A DNA stretch of 63,959 nt, counting the filler, from Nanobdellota archaeon (GTDB lineage Archaea; Nanobdellota; Nanobdellia; Woesearchaeales; CAZZGN01), in assembly GCA_051819665.1 (NCBI GenBank). It is 4 parts of 4 records of this genome, joined end to end, with 100 filler letters (N's around TTAATTAATTAA, not from the genome) between each part and the next. Parts side by side here need not be neighbours in the genome. Positions count along the whole stretch, not along the records: positions 35,703 to 53,027 come from JBNJDG010000022.1; positions 53,128 to 63,959 come from JBNJDG010000034.1; 2 more parts are not named here. One strand, 5' to 3'. Below, in pieces: positions 50,787 through 59,897 of this stretch. The notes under the pieces are model-generated. The model had not been told where the DNA came from and ran no database searches. It saw only the letters and a program-made list of their open reading frames with translations. A program made the position numbers and the translations under genes. Numbering within the stretch: the stretch's first letter is position 1; the number at the start of each line of letters is the position of its first letter.

Positions 50787-52985
50787 CTATTCCATCGGCA
50801 CCTGTGTCCACATCTGCCAGTCATTACTAGGTGAATAATTACCGAAGACGAAATAAGGCGACTGATTGGCACCGAAATACGAGTTATGGATATCTGAAAA
50901 TCTTGTCTGGGGAGCTCCGGCGCTACCCTCAAAACCGGCAGGGGGTCCGTATTTCGAATGTATCTTATTACCCATCGCATCCCATGTTGCAGTGAGCTGC
51001 CTTCCCTGGCTCATCTGGTCCTCACCATAACCCTCTGAGGATATATTTCCTGTATAGCCTTTCTTCTTAAGATATTTCATTGCTTCCACGACCGGCATGT
51101 CACCCTGTCCTGCAGGGAGATGATGATGCCCTCCACCCTTGCCGTCAACAAGATGAACATTACCTATCACACCGGCATCCTCGAGTTTCTTTATCTGTTC
51201 CATATACCAGTTATCGAAACGCTCTTTCCTCTCTTCAACGGTCTCGCCTTCCTTCGGCTGGAAATTCTTCCACCACATCCCTAGATGTTGAGTGTCGACT
51301 GTTGCCTTTATATGCTGCTCAGCTACCTTCTCTGCCTCCTCCTTACTAAGACCCCTGTAATAAGGATTATTGACCATCTTCCTCTGGGGGAGCCCGAACT
51401 CATCATTACCCTGCTCTTCCTCCCAGCCGCCTTTAGGATCAGGCACCTTCTTCTCTGTAAGATACTCGACCATCTGCTCCCTCGCATTCTGGACAAGCTC
51501 TATAAGCTCATCAGGATGAGAACCATAACCCATCTCCGGGAAGATGTTCTCGGGAGCTACGAAAATAGGATCATTAGTCTTCTTCTCTTTAGTCTTCTCC
51601 ATCGCATGAATACCCAGCTCAGCGTATGACTTGGAGGTCTGCTCTTTCGCATAATCCTCTATCGGCTTTACATGGAGGAAGGTCTCATAGGTCTCAGCGG
51701 CCTGCGCGTCTGCAGAACCGGAACTTTCATGGATGAACCTCATATTAAGCTCCTGGTCCTTTATCTCATCCTTGATTATCTCGGTAGGTCTCTTCCTCTC
51801 AGTCCTTCCGAACATCTGCTGAGCCTTGTTGGGCCTCATCACCGGGTCATTCTGCATGATCTTCCATACCTCGTCCTCCCCGAGGTTTTTCTCAAGCTCC
51901 TCATAATATTTCTCAAGTCTTTTCAGCTCATCAAGCGACTTCTTGGCTTCTGGATAATGCTGACCATGGAACAGGGCTGAACCCTGAGCCTGAAGGATCC
52001 TCGTATCCATCTGTGTCTTAAAGAAGACCTCTTCGGGAGTCCAGTCCTTATACTCTATCTCACCGGTCTTAGAATCCTTGACCGGCTTCTTCTTCCATTT
52101 GTTCCATTCCTTAGCCCTGTCCTCGAAATCCCTCCATGTTAGCCTTTTCGTCTTGAACTGGTTATTCTCCTCGTCCCAGTCAGGCACTCTCTTGAAAAGA
52201 TCATTCGGTTTCCTCGGGTCGATGAAATTACCATTTATATCTATCCATCTGTACCTTTGCTCTTTCGGGTCCCAGTCTGTCTTGAAAGCAGGCTCCCTCT
52301 GGACCTGGCTCTTCCTCACTTCTGATATGAGCTTACCGGTCCTGTCATCAACCATGTATTTTACCTGCTTTTCAGGCTCCTCCTCATAGCTCTGGAACTG
52401 GTAATCACCATCATTCCCTATCTTCCTGTTCCACGGAGCATCGGTCATGTCACGTAAGTATTCTCCTGTATGAACAACAACAGAACCTCCGTCCGTCACA
52501 TCTCCGGCGAAATCGATAGCTTTCTTGACCTCTTCAAGCTCCATCTTCCTGTGCTCATCGTTAAAGCCCCTCTCCTGGGGATTATAACCCGAGACATTAC
52601 CTACATTTGATGGAGAATGGATGCTGTGTATATTGACATCGTTAGCTTTAGCGATATCCCTTAACTCTCTCCTCGCCTCAGTACCATAAGCCTCAGCACC
52701 TACCTGTTCCTGGCCGCCGCCCATTCCTGTAGCGAGCTCAAGCCTCCCAGCACCTTTCCTTATCGCCTGCTGCATAGACTGGATGAAATTCCCGAACCTG
52801 CTCCCTTCAGGAACAGAAGCACCTATCTCTGATGTAGGTACGATAGGCTCTTCTATAGCGGCTTCCCTGCCGGCAGGGTCACTGGGATCCCTGGGAAGCG
52901 GCCCGGCTTCTATAACATTCTTAGAAGGGAAAGGGTCATCATTAAGATCCTGATCCTGAGGAGCATATAGATTATTGAAATCCAT
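50787..52985 (-). CDS. Large xylose-isomerase-like/AP-endonuclease-2 TIM-barrel protein with long insertion
   Basis: IHSP, VVHTGE, PEN, DTQH, VHLVD, HHHLPAGQG, SEG metal-ligand motifs. Confidence 0.75.
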   Translation of the reverse strand: MDFNNLYAPQDQDLNDDPFPSKNVIEAGPLPRDPSDPAGREAAIEEPIVPTSEIGASVPEGSRFGNFIQSMQQAIRKGAGRLELATGMGGGQEQVGAEAYGTEARRELRDIAKANDVNIHSIHSPSNVGNVSGYNPQERGFNDEHRKMELEEVKKAIDFAGDVTDGGSVVVHTGEYLRDMTDAPWNRKIGNDGDYQFQSYEEEPEKQVKYMVDDRTGKLISEVRKSQVQREPAFKTDWDPKEQRYRWIDINGNFIDPRKPNDLFKRVPDWDEENNQFKTKRLTWRDFEDRAKEWNKWKKKPVKDSKTGEIEYKDWTPEEVFFKTQMDTRILQAQGSALFHGQHYPEAKKSLDELKRLEKYYEELEKNLGEDEVWKIMQNDPVMRPNKAQQMFGRTERKRPTEIIKDEIKDQELNMRFIHESSGSADAQAAETYETFLHVKPIEDYAKEQTSKSYAELGIHAMEKTKEKKTNDPIFVAPENIFPEMGYGSHPDELIELVQNAREQMVEYLTEKKVPDPKGGWEEEQGNDEFGLPQRKMVNNPYYRGLSKEEAEKVAEQHIKATVDTQHLGMWWKNFQPKEGETVEERKERFDNWYMEQIKKLEDAGVIGNVHLVDGKGGGHHHLPAGQGDMPVVEAMKYLKKKGYTGNISSEGYGEDQMSQGRQLTATWDAMGNKIHSKYGPPAGFEGSAGAPQTRFSDIHNSYFGANQSPYFVFGNYSPSNDWQMWTQVPME

Positions 52986-53027
52986 CAGTATAGAAATGGG
53001 TATACAGATATATAAAACTTTTGATTA

Positions 53028-53127
53028 NNNNNNNNNNNNNNNNNNNNNNNNNNNNNNNNNNNNNNNNNNNNTTAATTAATTAANNNNNNNNNNNNNNNNN
53101 NNNNNNNNNNNNNNNNNNNNNNNNNNN
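53028..53127. other. Artificial contig-joining linker
   Basis: 100 nt of N with central TTAATTAATTAA. Confidence 0.98.
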
Positions 53128-53563
53128 GCTTAAACACGATAAAAATTTCGAGAAAATCTTTCGGGGATTAGAAAAACATGACCTGCCTAAGCAAGGAATT
53201 TTCTTTGACGGGCAGGTATTTGATGCGTATGAGTTCGTTTCCAGGTTAATAAAGAAAGCAAAGAAAGAGATAATCCTGATAGACAATTATGTAGATGAAT
53301 CAGTGCTGACGTTACTTTCAAAAAAGAAGAAGAATGTTAAAGTGATTATATATACAAAAAATATTTCTAAGCAATTGAAATTAGATGAAGAAAAATTCAA
53401 TAAACAATACGGGGGTTTAGAAATCAAATATTTTGACAAATCTCACGATCGATTCTTAAGAATTGACAACCAGTTATACCATTTCGGAGCTTCGCTAAAG
53501 GATCTTGGAAAGAGATGGTTCGCCTTCTCAAAGATAAGTGCGGAAATATTACGATTAGATTGA
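53128..53563 (+). CDS. 5'-partial ORF6N-type protein, C-terminal PLD-like domain (paralog of 54224)
   Basis: Frame open from the contig edge; IDNYVD, HDRF..ID, GASLKDLG motifs. Confidence 0.8.
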
Positions 53564-53659
53564 AAATTCTCACAGGACAGAGGACAAAGCCGGATGAGAT
53601 ATTTAAAGAGAACAATGGCATCACAATATGTGATACCCCACTTAACTCAATAAAAATCT

Positions 53660-53858
53660 ATGATCAATAGTTATGAATTAATATTTGATGAAGTGATAAA
53701 AAAGCAATTGACTTCGGCAGATGCCTCCTATAAGGCTTTATTTCAGGCATCTGATCCATACAGATCAGCTGGAAGTTTTCGAATTTGAGATGAAAACGAA
53801 TCCGGATAAACAGAAGAAGACCATCAATAGACTGAGAAACAAATCATCAAAAACCTAG
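53660..53858 (+). pseudogene. RelE/ParE-like toxin remnant with internal deletion
   Basis: N-terminus MINSYELIFDEVIKKQL and C-terminus PPIRLYF...FEFEMKT...KQKKTI are in different frames and the centre is missing. Confidence 0.55.
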
Positions 53859-53999
53859 ATCTTTCCGGGTATAATTCCCGTTCTTCCTTATATCAGATTC
53901 AAACTCTGCTAACCTCTTATACAGCTTACTATCCCTTAAGGTTCTGATCTCCCTTTTCATGAGTTCATACTTTTCCTTGGGGATGGTTACTTTCTCCAT
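53847..53999 (-). CDS. Small antitoxin-like protein (50 aa, not in ORF track)
   Basis: MEKVTIPKEKYELMKREIRTLRDSKLYKRLAEFESDIRKNGNYTRKDLGF; own TATA upstream; convergent with the toxin remnant. Confidence 0.6.
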   Translation of the reverse strand: MEKVTIPKEKYELMKREIRTLRDSKLYKRLAEFESDIRKNGNYTRKDLGF

Positions 54000-54103
54000 A
54001 ATGTTCAGAAAAGTATTTCTTATATTTAAATTTTCCCAGAAGGATCAAGCCTTTCAAATGAAGATAATTCTAATCTTGAAGTCACAAATTGTGACCGCAT
54101 TTC

Positions 54104-54202
54104 AAAGAGATGGTTCGCTTTCTCAAAGATAAGTCGGAAATATTACAATCAAATTGAAAATTCTCACAAGACAGAGGACATCCTCAGATGAGATATATAA
54201 AG
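54104..54202 (+). repeat. Degenerate third copy of ORF6N 3' end plus downstream promoter
   Basis: AAAGAGATGGTTCGC...GAAAATTCTCACA.GACAGAGGACA...GATGAGATATATAAA, matching ~53509-53608 and ~55000-55098. Confidence 0.85.
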
Positions 54203-54223
54203 AAATGATTCTCTCTTAATATC

Positions 54224-55054
54224 ATGGACATCAAGGATAAGATTCATACGATAAGAGGAAAACAGGTCATGCTTGACAGGGATCTGGCTGAGCTTTATGA
54301 AGTGGAGACAAAATCCTTAAACCAGGCTATAAAGAGGAATAAAGAGAGATTTCCGAACCATTTTTGTTTCCAGTTAAATGAGACCGAGTTCAATCTTTTG
54401 AGGTCACAATTTGTTACCTCAAACAAAAAAAGAGGAGGAAGACGTTACCTGCCTTATGTCTTTACAGAACAGGGGGTTTCTATGCTCTCTGCTGTATTAA
54501 AAAGTAATAAGGCAATAGATATGAGCATAAAAATCATGGATGCTTTTGTGGCTATGCGGAGATTCATATCTGAAAATAAAGACGTATTCTCAAAGTTCCA
54601 GCAGATTGACCAAAAATTGCTTAAACACGATAAAAATTTCGAGAAAATCTTTCGGGGATTAGAAAAACATGACCTGCCTAAGCAAGGAATTTTCTTTGAC
54701 GGGCAGGTATTTGATGCTTATGAGTTCGTCTGTAATCTTATTAGGTCAGCAAAGAAAGAGATAATATTGATTGATAATTATGTTGATGAGTCTGTCCTGA
54801 CGTTACTTTCAAAAAAGAAAAAGGATGTTAAAGTCACGATATACACAAGGAATATCACTAAAAAGCTCAAGCTGGATGCAGACTAATTCAATCAGCAGTA
54901 CAATAATCTAGAGATAAAAGAATTCAACAGATCCCATGACCGTTTCATATTTATTGACAATAAACTTTACCATTTCGGAGCTTCACTAAAGGATCTTGGA
55001 AAGAGATGGTTCGCCTTCTCAAAGATAAGTGCGGAAATATTACGATTAGATTGA
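54224..55054 (+). pseudogene. ORF6N (KilA-N-like) DNA-binding protein with in-frame TAA at 54884 before the PLD-like motifs
   Basis: RGKQVMLDRDLAELY, RFP..F.FQL, YLPYVFTEQG. The frame continues after TAA (FNQQY...HDRF...GASLKDLG) to 55054; the paralog has AAA at this codon. Confidence 0.8.
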
Positions 55055-55120
55055 AAATTCTCACAGGACAGAGGACATGGCCGGATGAGATATATAAATA
55101 AATAATTTCTCTAAAAGTCC

Positions 55121-55567
55121 ATGTATGATATAATACAGACTGATTACTTTGAATCAGAATTCGAAAAAATAATCCCTGATAATCTAAAAGAAAGAGCGAG
55201 AAAGAAGATTGAATCATTAAGAGAAAAACCAAAATCAGGAAAACCACTTTCATATGAATTCCTGAGAGAACTCAAGATAGATAAATACAGGATTTATTAT
55301 ATGGTATATGAAAACATATTGACGATACTTTTAGTTTCCACAGGAGATAAAAAGACACAAAAATTAATGATAGAAGAGATAAAAGAAAAAAGAGAATCGC
55401 TAAAAACGTTTGCTCACAATTACACAAATTATTTAAAGGAAAAAGGTGATCATATGTATATGGATAAAGAAGAAAAAAGGCTTTTGAAAGAGAGGAATGA
55501 GCTTTTAGAAAAGCTTGTAAGGTCTCTTGAAGATGTAAAAGAAGGAAGGCTTAAACCTTTCAAGTGA
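55121..55567 (+). CDS. RelE-like toxin fused in frame to a small antitoxin-like peptide
   Basis: GKPLSYEFLRELKIDKYRIYY...DKKTQ toxin part. The linker DNA holds TTATTTAAA, GGTGA and ATG (55454), followed by ...LVRSLEDVKEGRLKPFK. Confidence 0.65.
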   Translation: MYDIIQTDYFESEFEKIIPDNLKERARKKIESLREKPKSGKPLSYEFLRELKIDKYRIYYMVYENILTILLVSTGDKKTQKLMIEEIKEKRESLKTFAHNYTNYLKEKGDHMYMDKEEKRLLKERNELLEKLVRSLEDVKEGRLKPFK

Positions 55568-55640
55568 AGATAATTCTAATTTTGAAATCGCAAAATGCTA
55601 TACCTATAGAAGAATAGTTTCTTATAAGAAAATCTAGTCT

Positions 55641-55730
55641 ATGTGGTCGCAAATTGCGACCTTAGAAAATAATGACTCAAGAGGAAAACACAGGAAATAT
55701 TTGCCTCATGCATTCACAGAACACTATTTA
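55641..55730 (+). pseudogene. Internal fragment of another ORF6N gene
   Basis: Translates MWSQIATLENNDSRGKHRKYLPHAFTEH, compared with RSQFVTSNKKRGGRRYLPYVFTEQ in the 54224 gene. Confidence 0.7.
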
Positions 55731-55775
55731 GACCCAGAAAAATTTATATATTTATTATATAATATTATATACTAA

Positions 55776-56387
55776 ATGAATAATAAAAAAGACATGATTC
55801 TGGGTTCTCTGATAAGACAACCCCTGGAAAGCAAGAGCATGCGGCAGATATCCATAGATACCGGCCTGACTTACGTAACAGTGCATAAAACAATACCTGA
55901 AATAAAAGGAGAACTTGATATCAAAGAAAAGGGCAAATCAAGACTCATAAGGATAGACCTTGAAAATGCAGAGATGGACTCTTTGAGCTCAGCCGCATTA
56001 TACGAGAAAACCAGATTCCTGAAAAAATATCCAAAGATCAGAATAGTGGTCGATGAGATAATTGAAAACCTCGCCGGAAATCTTTACAGTCTCATTTTAT
56101 TTGGTTCCTCTGTAGACGAGGATCATAGAAAGGATTCCGATATTGACCTTCTTTTCATAGTTCCAGACCGGAATTATTTCAGTGACTTCACCAAAATGAT
56201 TAATAAGGCAATAAGCGTTTCTCCACTCACCGTAGATTTTAAGCTGATAACACCCGAGGATTTCATAGCCATGCTTAATGAAAAGTACAGCATGGGTAGA
56301 GAAGCTTTCGAGAACGGAATGCCAATCTTCGGCAATGAAGCTTATTATTCCATGGTGAAAGATCATGCTGGAAAAAAAGGATATTGA
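55776..56387 (+). CDS. HTH + minimal nucleotidyltransferase (MNT antitoxin-like)
   Basis: LFGS...SDIDLLFI; N-terminal HTH. Confidence 0.85.
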   Translation: MNNKKDMILGSLIRQPLESKSMRQISIDTGLTYVTVHKTIPEIKGELDIKEKGKSRLIRIDLENAEMDSLSSAALYEKTRFLKKYPKIRIVVDEIIENLAGNLYSLILFGSSVDEDHRKDSDIDLLFIVPDRNYFSDFTKMINKAISVSPLTVDFKLITPEDFIAMLNEKYSMGREAFENGMPIFGNEAYYSMVKDHAGKKGY

Positions 56388-56530
56388 AAAGACAAAAGAA
56401 TAAACGCCAGGATTTCACATATCAGATGAATAGATCTGCAAAAATATCCGAAGCAGAAAACAGTATAGAAAAAGCCAAGGAATTCATAGAACTAACAGAA
56501 GAATATAGATTACTGAAACATCATGACTGA
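56365..56530 (+). pseudogene. HEPN toxin remnant with internal deletion
   Basis: Start MLEKKDIEK overlaps the MNT end; the C-terminal helix KRQDFTY...AK..EAENSIEKAKEF follows in another frame; only 166 nt in total. Confidence 0.6.
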
Positions 56531-56537
56531 CTTAACC

Positions 56538-56660
56538 CACATTCCGGTCCTCGCTTAAGGAACTTAAGCCGGAATGTAAGCCCTTTCTGATAATCACTGT
56601 CAAAGTCAGAAAGGAAAGAAAAAGAAACAAAACACTTCTCTCTAAAGTCCGTAATACTCC
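56538..56660. repeat. 123-bp direct repeat, copy 1 (two hairpins + T-tract + last codons of epimerase)
   Basis: 121/123 identical to 57363-57485. Confidence 0.92.
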
Positions 56661-56777
56661 CAACAATGAAGAAAAATTTTATCTTCCTAAAACTCTCAAC
56701 TTGAGGTTCCAGAATGGCACCTCAAGCCTGGAAATCGCAATCTGCGACATCCAATTCAGGCAGAAAGATTTATATAT

Positions 56778-57362
56778 ATGGTTTTAAACCATAATACTAT
56801 GGTTAAAAATGAAAAGATTGAAATCCTGAAAATCTTGATAGCAAATAATTCTAAGAGATTTACAATAAAAGAATTATCCAGAATAAGAAACATCAATTAT
56901 AAATCCGCATATGAAGCAATAGAAAAACTCGGTGAAGTTATTGAAAAAGAAAAAATCGGGAATACAAATCAATGCAGGTTCAATAACAAGTTCAATAAAG
57001 ATGTATTTTTAGCTGAAGAGTCAAGACTTGATGAGCTTCTTAAGATAAAAGGTTTCAAAACTATCAGAAATGAGCTCATGAAAGCAAAATTTCCGTTTAT
57101 AGCGGTAATCTTTGGATCTTACGCAAGAGGAGATTTTGATAAACATTCTGATATAGATCTGCTTCTGATATCAGAACACCCCGATGAGATAGAGAACTTT
57201 GTCAGTTGGGCACCACTTAATCTACACCTAACAAGCATAACCTACGATGAATTCATTGAGATGTTCTCCCGGAAATCTTTCAATGTAGTCAACGAAACAG
57301 TTAAAAACCATATTATCCTGCATAACACCCAGGAATACTATAGGTTGATCAACTCCCTCTAA
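56778..57362 (+). CDS. HTH + minimal nucleotidyltransferase (MNT), no HEPN partner
   Basis: IFGSYARG....SDIDLLLI; palindrome ATGGTTTTAAACCAT over the start. Confidence 0.85.
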   Translation: MVLNHNTMVKNEKIEILKILIANNSKRFTIKELSRIRNINYKSAYEAIEKLGEVIEKEKIGNTNQCRFNNKFNKDVFLAEESRLDELLKIKGFKTIRNELMKAKFPFIAVIFGSYARGDFDKHSDIDLLLISEHPDEIENFVSWAPLNLHLTSITYDEFIEMFSRKSFNVVNETVKNHIILHNTQEYYRLINSL

Positions 57363-57485
57363 CACATTCCGGTCCTCGCTTAAGGAACTTAAGCCGGAAT
57401 GTAAGCCCTTTCTGATAATCACTGTCAAAGTCAGAAAGGAAAGAAAAAGAAACAAAACACTTCTCTCTAAAGCCCGTAATATTCC
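57363..57485. repeat. 123-bp direct repeat, copy 2 (overlaps epimerase 3' end)
   Basis: Near-identical to 56538-56660. Confidence 0.92.
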
Positions 57486-58423
57486 TTATACCAATCAACA
57501 AACTTAGCTACACCTTCCTCTATCGAAACAGAAGGATCATACCCTAATTTCTCCTTACTATGCTCGATATCAGCATAAGTGATAGGAACATCACCAGGCT
57601 GTATCTCCATGAGCTTCTGCTTAGCCTTCAATCCCAATTTATCCTCAATCACAGAGATGAAATATTTCAGTTCTATCGTGTTATTATTGCCGAGATTGAA
57701 GATCTCATAAGCATACTCCTTATCAAGAGATGCCAGAACACCTGAAACGATATCGGTAATATAGGTAAAGTCCCTCTTCATCTTCCCATAATTGTAGACC
57801 TCTATCTCCTTCCCTTCGAGCATATTCTTGACGAACTTGAAGAGAGCCATGTCAGGCCTTCCCCAAGGGCCATAAACGGTAAAAAACCTGAGTCCTGTCA
57901 TATTGATACCATAAAGATGATGATAAGTGTAAGCCATGAGCTCATTGCTCCTCTTCGTCGCTGCATAAAGGCTCACCGGACCTGAAACATCATCCTTCTC
58001 AGAGAAGGGAACTTTCTCATTACCCCCATAGACAGAGGATGAAGAAGCATAGATAACAGTCTTAATATCAAACTCCTTGGCCATCTCAAAAAGCACGACA
58101 GTGCCGTCGATGTTCGACTTAAGATATGCATAAGGATTCTCTAAGCTATAACGAACACCTGCCTGCGCACCCAGATGGCAGATCTTGTCTATCTTATGCT
58201 CCCGGAAGATCTTCCTCATAACATCTGCGTCAGAAAAGTCCTTCCGGTAGAAGGTGAAATCATCAGCGGAATCAAAGAAATGCTTAAGCCTGTCTTCCTT
58301 GAGCTCAGGAGAGTAATAGCCATTCACGCTATCAACGCCAATCACCTCATCTCCTCTGTCAAGCAAGGCCTTTGCTACTGCACTCCCGATAAATCCGGCA
58401 ACGCCGGTGACTAGGATTCTCAT
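57467..58423 (-). CDS. UDP-glucuronate 4-epimerase-like NAD-dependent epimerase
   Basis: GVAGFIG, AQAGVRYS, YAATK, RFFTVYGPWGRPDMA. Confidence 0.92.
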   Translation of the reverse strand: MRILVTGVAGFIGSAVAKALLDRGDEVIGVDSVNGYYSPELKEDRLKHFFDSADDFTFYRKDFSDADVMRKIFREHKIDKICHLGAQAGVRYSLENPYAYLKSNIDGTVVLFEMAKEFDIKTVIYASSSSVYGGNEKVPFSEKDDVSGPVSLYAATKRSNELMAYTYHHLYGINMTGLRFFTVYGPWGRPDMALFKFVKNMLEGKEIEVYNYGKMKRDFTYITDIVSGVLASLDKEYAYEIFNLGNNNTIELKYFISVIEDKLGLKAKQKLMEIQPGDVPITYADIEHSKEKLGYDPSVSIEEGVAKFVDWYKEYYGL

Positions 58424-58625
58424 AGGGAATAAAGTATAAGCTATCATTTATAAATCTAATTAAACTAAATTATTTTCCATATAGAAAAATAATAATGTTG
58501 GTTCTCAATAATGATTATTGGCCACCAACAAAAGTGTTCAGTGAAGTGAACGATTAAGTAAAAAATCGTCTTACAGAGTGAACGATTTAGAAAGATTTAA
58601 ATAGATAGCAACCTCTCCAAACCTT

Positions 58626-59897
58626 ATGGAAGAGAACATAATCTACTGGAACCCATGGTGGAAAGAAAAGTTTGATTTCAACCTTAAACAAAGGGAGATA
58701 TTCAATGAAGTGGATGAGCTTATCGATATAAAAGAAGCTGTTTTTTTCACAGGGATAAGAAGATCAGGAAAGACCTCTGTGATGTATCATATAATAAGCA
58801 GATTATTGAAAAAGGTGCCGGAAGAAAACATATTATACCTTAATCTTGATGATGAAGTCCTGCAATTCAAGAGACTCGAAGACATCCTACAGACGTACAA
58901 GAAGTTGTTTCCAGACATAAAAGGGAAGATATACGTATTCCTTGACGAGATACAGAATATTGATGGATGGGAAAGATGGGTAAAGAATAAGCATGATTCA
59001 TTCGAGGACATAAAATTCTTCATAAGCGGTTCAAAATCTCATATGTTAAAGAAGACATCATCGCTTCTTACAGGGAGGATGGTCGAGATTGAGATCTATC
59101 CCCTCAGCTTCAGAGAGTTTCTTGATTTCAAAGGTTACAGAAGGCTGGAGATACTTTCGGAAAAACACAGGATGAAGAAGGAGTTTGAAGAATACATGAA
59201 ATATGGCGGATTCCCGGAGATTGTTCTTCAGGAAAATGACAGGACAAAGACTCTGCTCCTCAAAGAATATTATGACAGCATCAAGAATAAGGATATATTG
59301 ACATATTTCGATATCAAAGAATCCGGAAAATTTGAGAGAATGTCCCTGTATATGATCACAAACATATCAAGGCAGATGAGTGTCTCAAAGATAGCCAAAA
59401 CTGTTGGGTTAAGCAAATCGATCGCAGAAAAATACCTTGACTATTCCGAGATGATGTATCTTTTCCTGGAGTTGAACCATTATAATTATTCGATAAAGAA
59501 ACAGGTAACCATGCCCAGAAAGATATATACTATAGACACAGGCATATTCAATGCAACATCCTTCCAGTTCTCCTCTAACATCGGAAGATTGCTTGAGAAC
59601 CTCATCTTCGTGGAACTTAAGAGAAACGGGCAGGAGATATATTATTACACAGAAAGGAATGAATGTGACTTCGTGATAAAGGAGGGAAACAATATCGTAG
59701 AAGCGTTGCAGATATGTGCAGAACTGAACGAGGACAATAAAGAGAGGGAGCTCAAGGGCCTTAAAGAGACGATGGAATCATTCGGCGTTAATGGGAAGAT
59801 CATAACCTATGACCAGAAAGAAGAAATAGAAGGAATTGAGGTCATACCCGCAAGAGAATTTCTGCTCAATCAGACCTGCCGACAGAGAGGTAATTGA
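58626..59897 (+). CDS. AAA_14/DUF4143 ATP-binding protein
   Basis: GIRRSGKT, LDEIQ, SGS, GGFPE, KIY.IDTG, ECDF. Confidence 0.88.
   Translation: MEENIIYWNPWWKEKFDFNLKQREIFNEVDELIDIKEAVFFTGIRRSGKTSVMYHIISRLLKKVPEENILYLNLDDEVLQFKRLEDILQTYKKLFPDIKGKIYVFLDEIQNIDGWERWVKNKHDSFEDIKFFISGSKSHMLKKTSSLLTGRMVEIEIYPLSFREFLDFKGYRRLEILSEKHRMKKEFEEYMKYGGFPEIVLQENDRTKTLLLKEYYDSIKNKDILTYFDIKESGKFERMSLYMITNISRQMSVSKIAKTVGLSKSIAEKYLDYSEMMYLFLELNHYNYSIKKQVTMPRKIYTIDTGIFNATSFQFSSNIGRLLENLIFVELKRNGQEIYYYTERNECDFVIKEGNNIVEALQICAELNEDNKERELKGLKETMESFGVNGKIITYDQKEEIEGIEVIPAREFLLNQTCRQRGN

Larger units (their letters stand above)
53615..56753. repeat. Family of seven ~25-bp palindromic sites (53615, 54076, 54398, 55582, 55641, 56701, 56729)
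   Basis: Approximate consensus WTGRRRTCRCA-NNN-TGYGAYMTCAA; each translates to a variant of the LRSQFVTS motif. Confidence 0.8.

Noticed and set aside
54884..54886. Stop-codon reassignment at the in-frame TAA
   Set aside because: TAA ends many normal genes here; a single AAA>TAA mutation or sequencing error is simpler.
53615..56753. Classical attC or Xer dif sites
   Set aside because: No RYYYAAC...GTTRRRY ends, no 11-6-11 dif geometry and no integrase in the window.
53128..57485. CRISPR array
   Set aside because: Repeats are degenerate, spacing is irregular (28 to about 1200 nt) and there are no cas genes.
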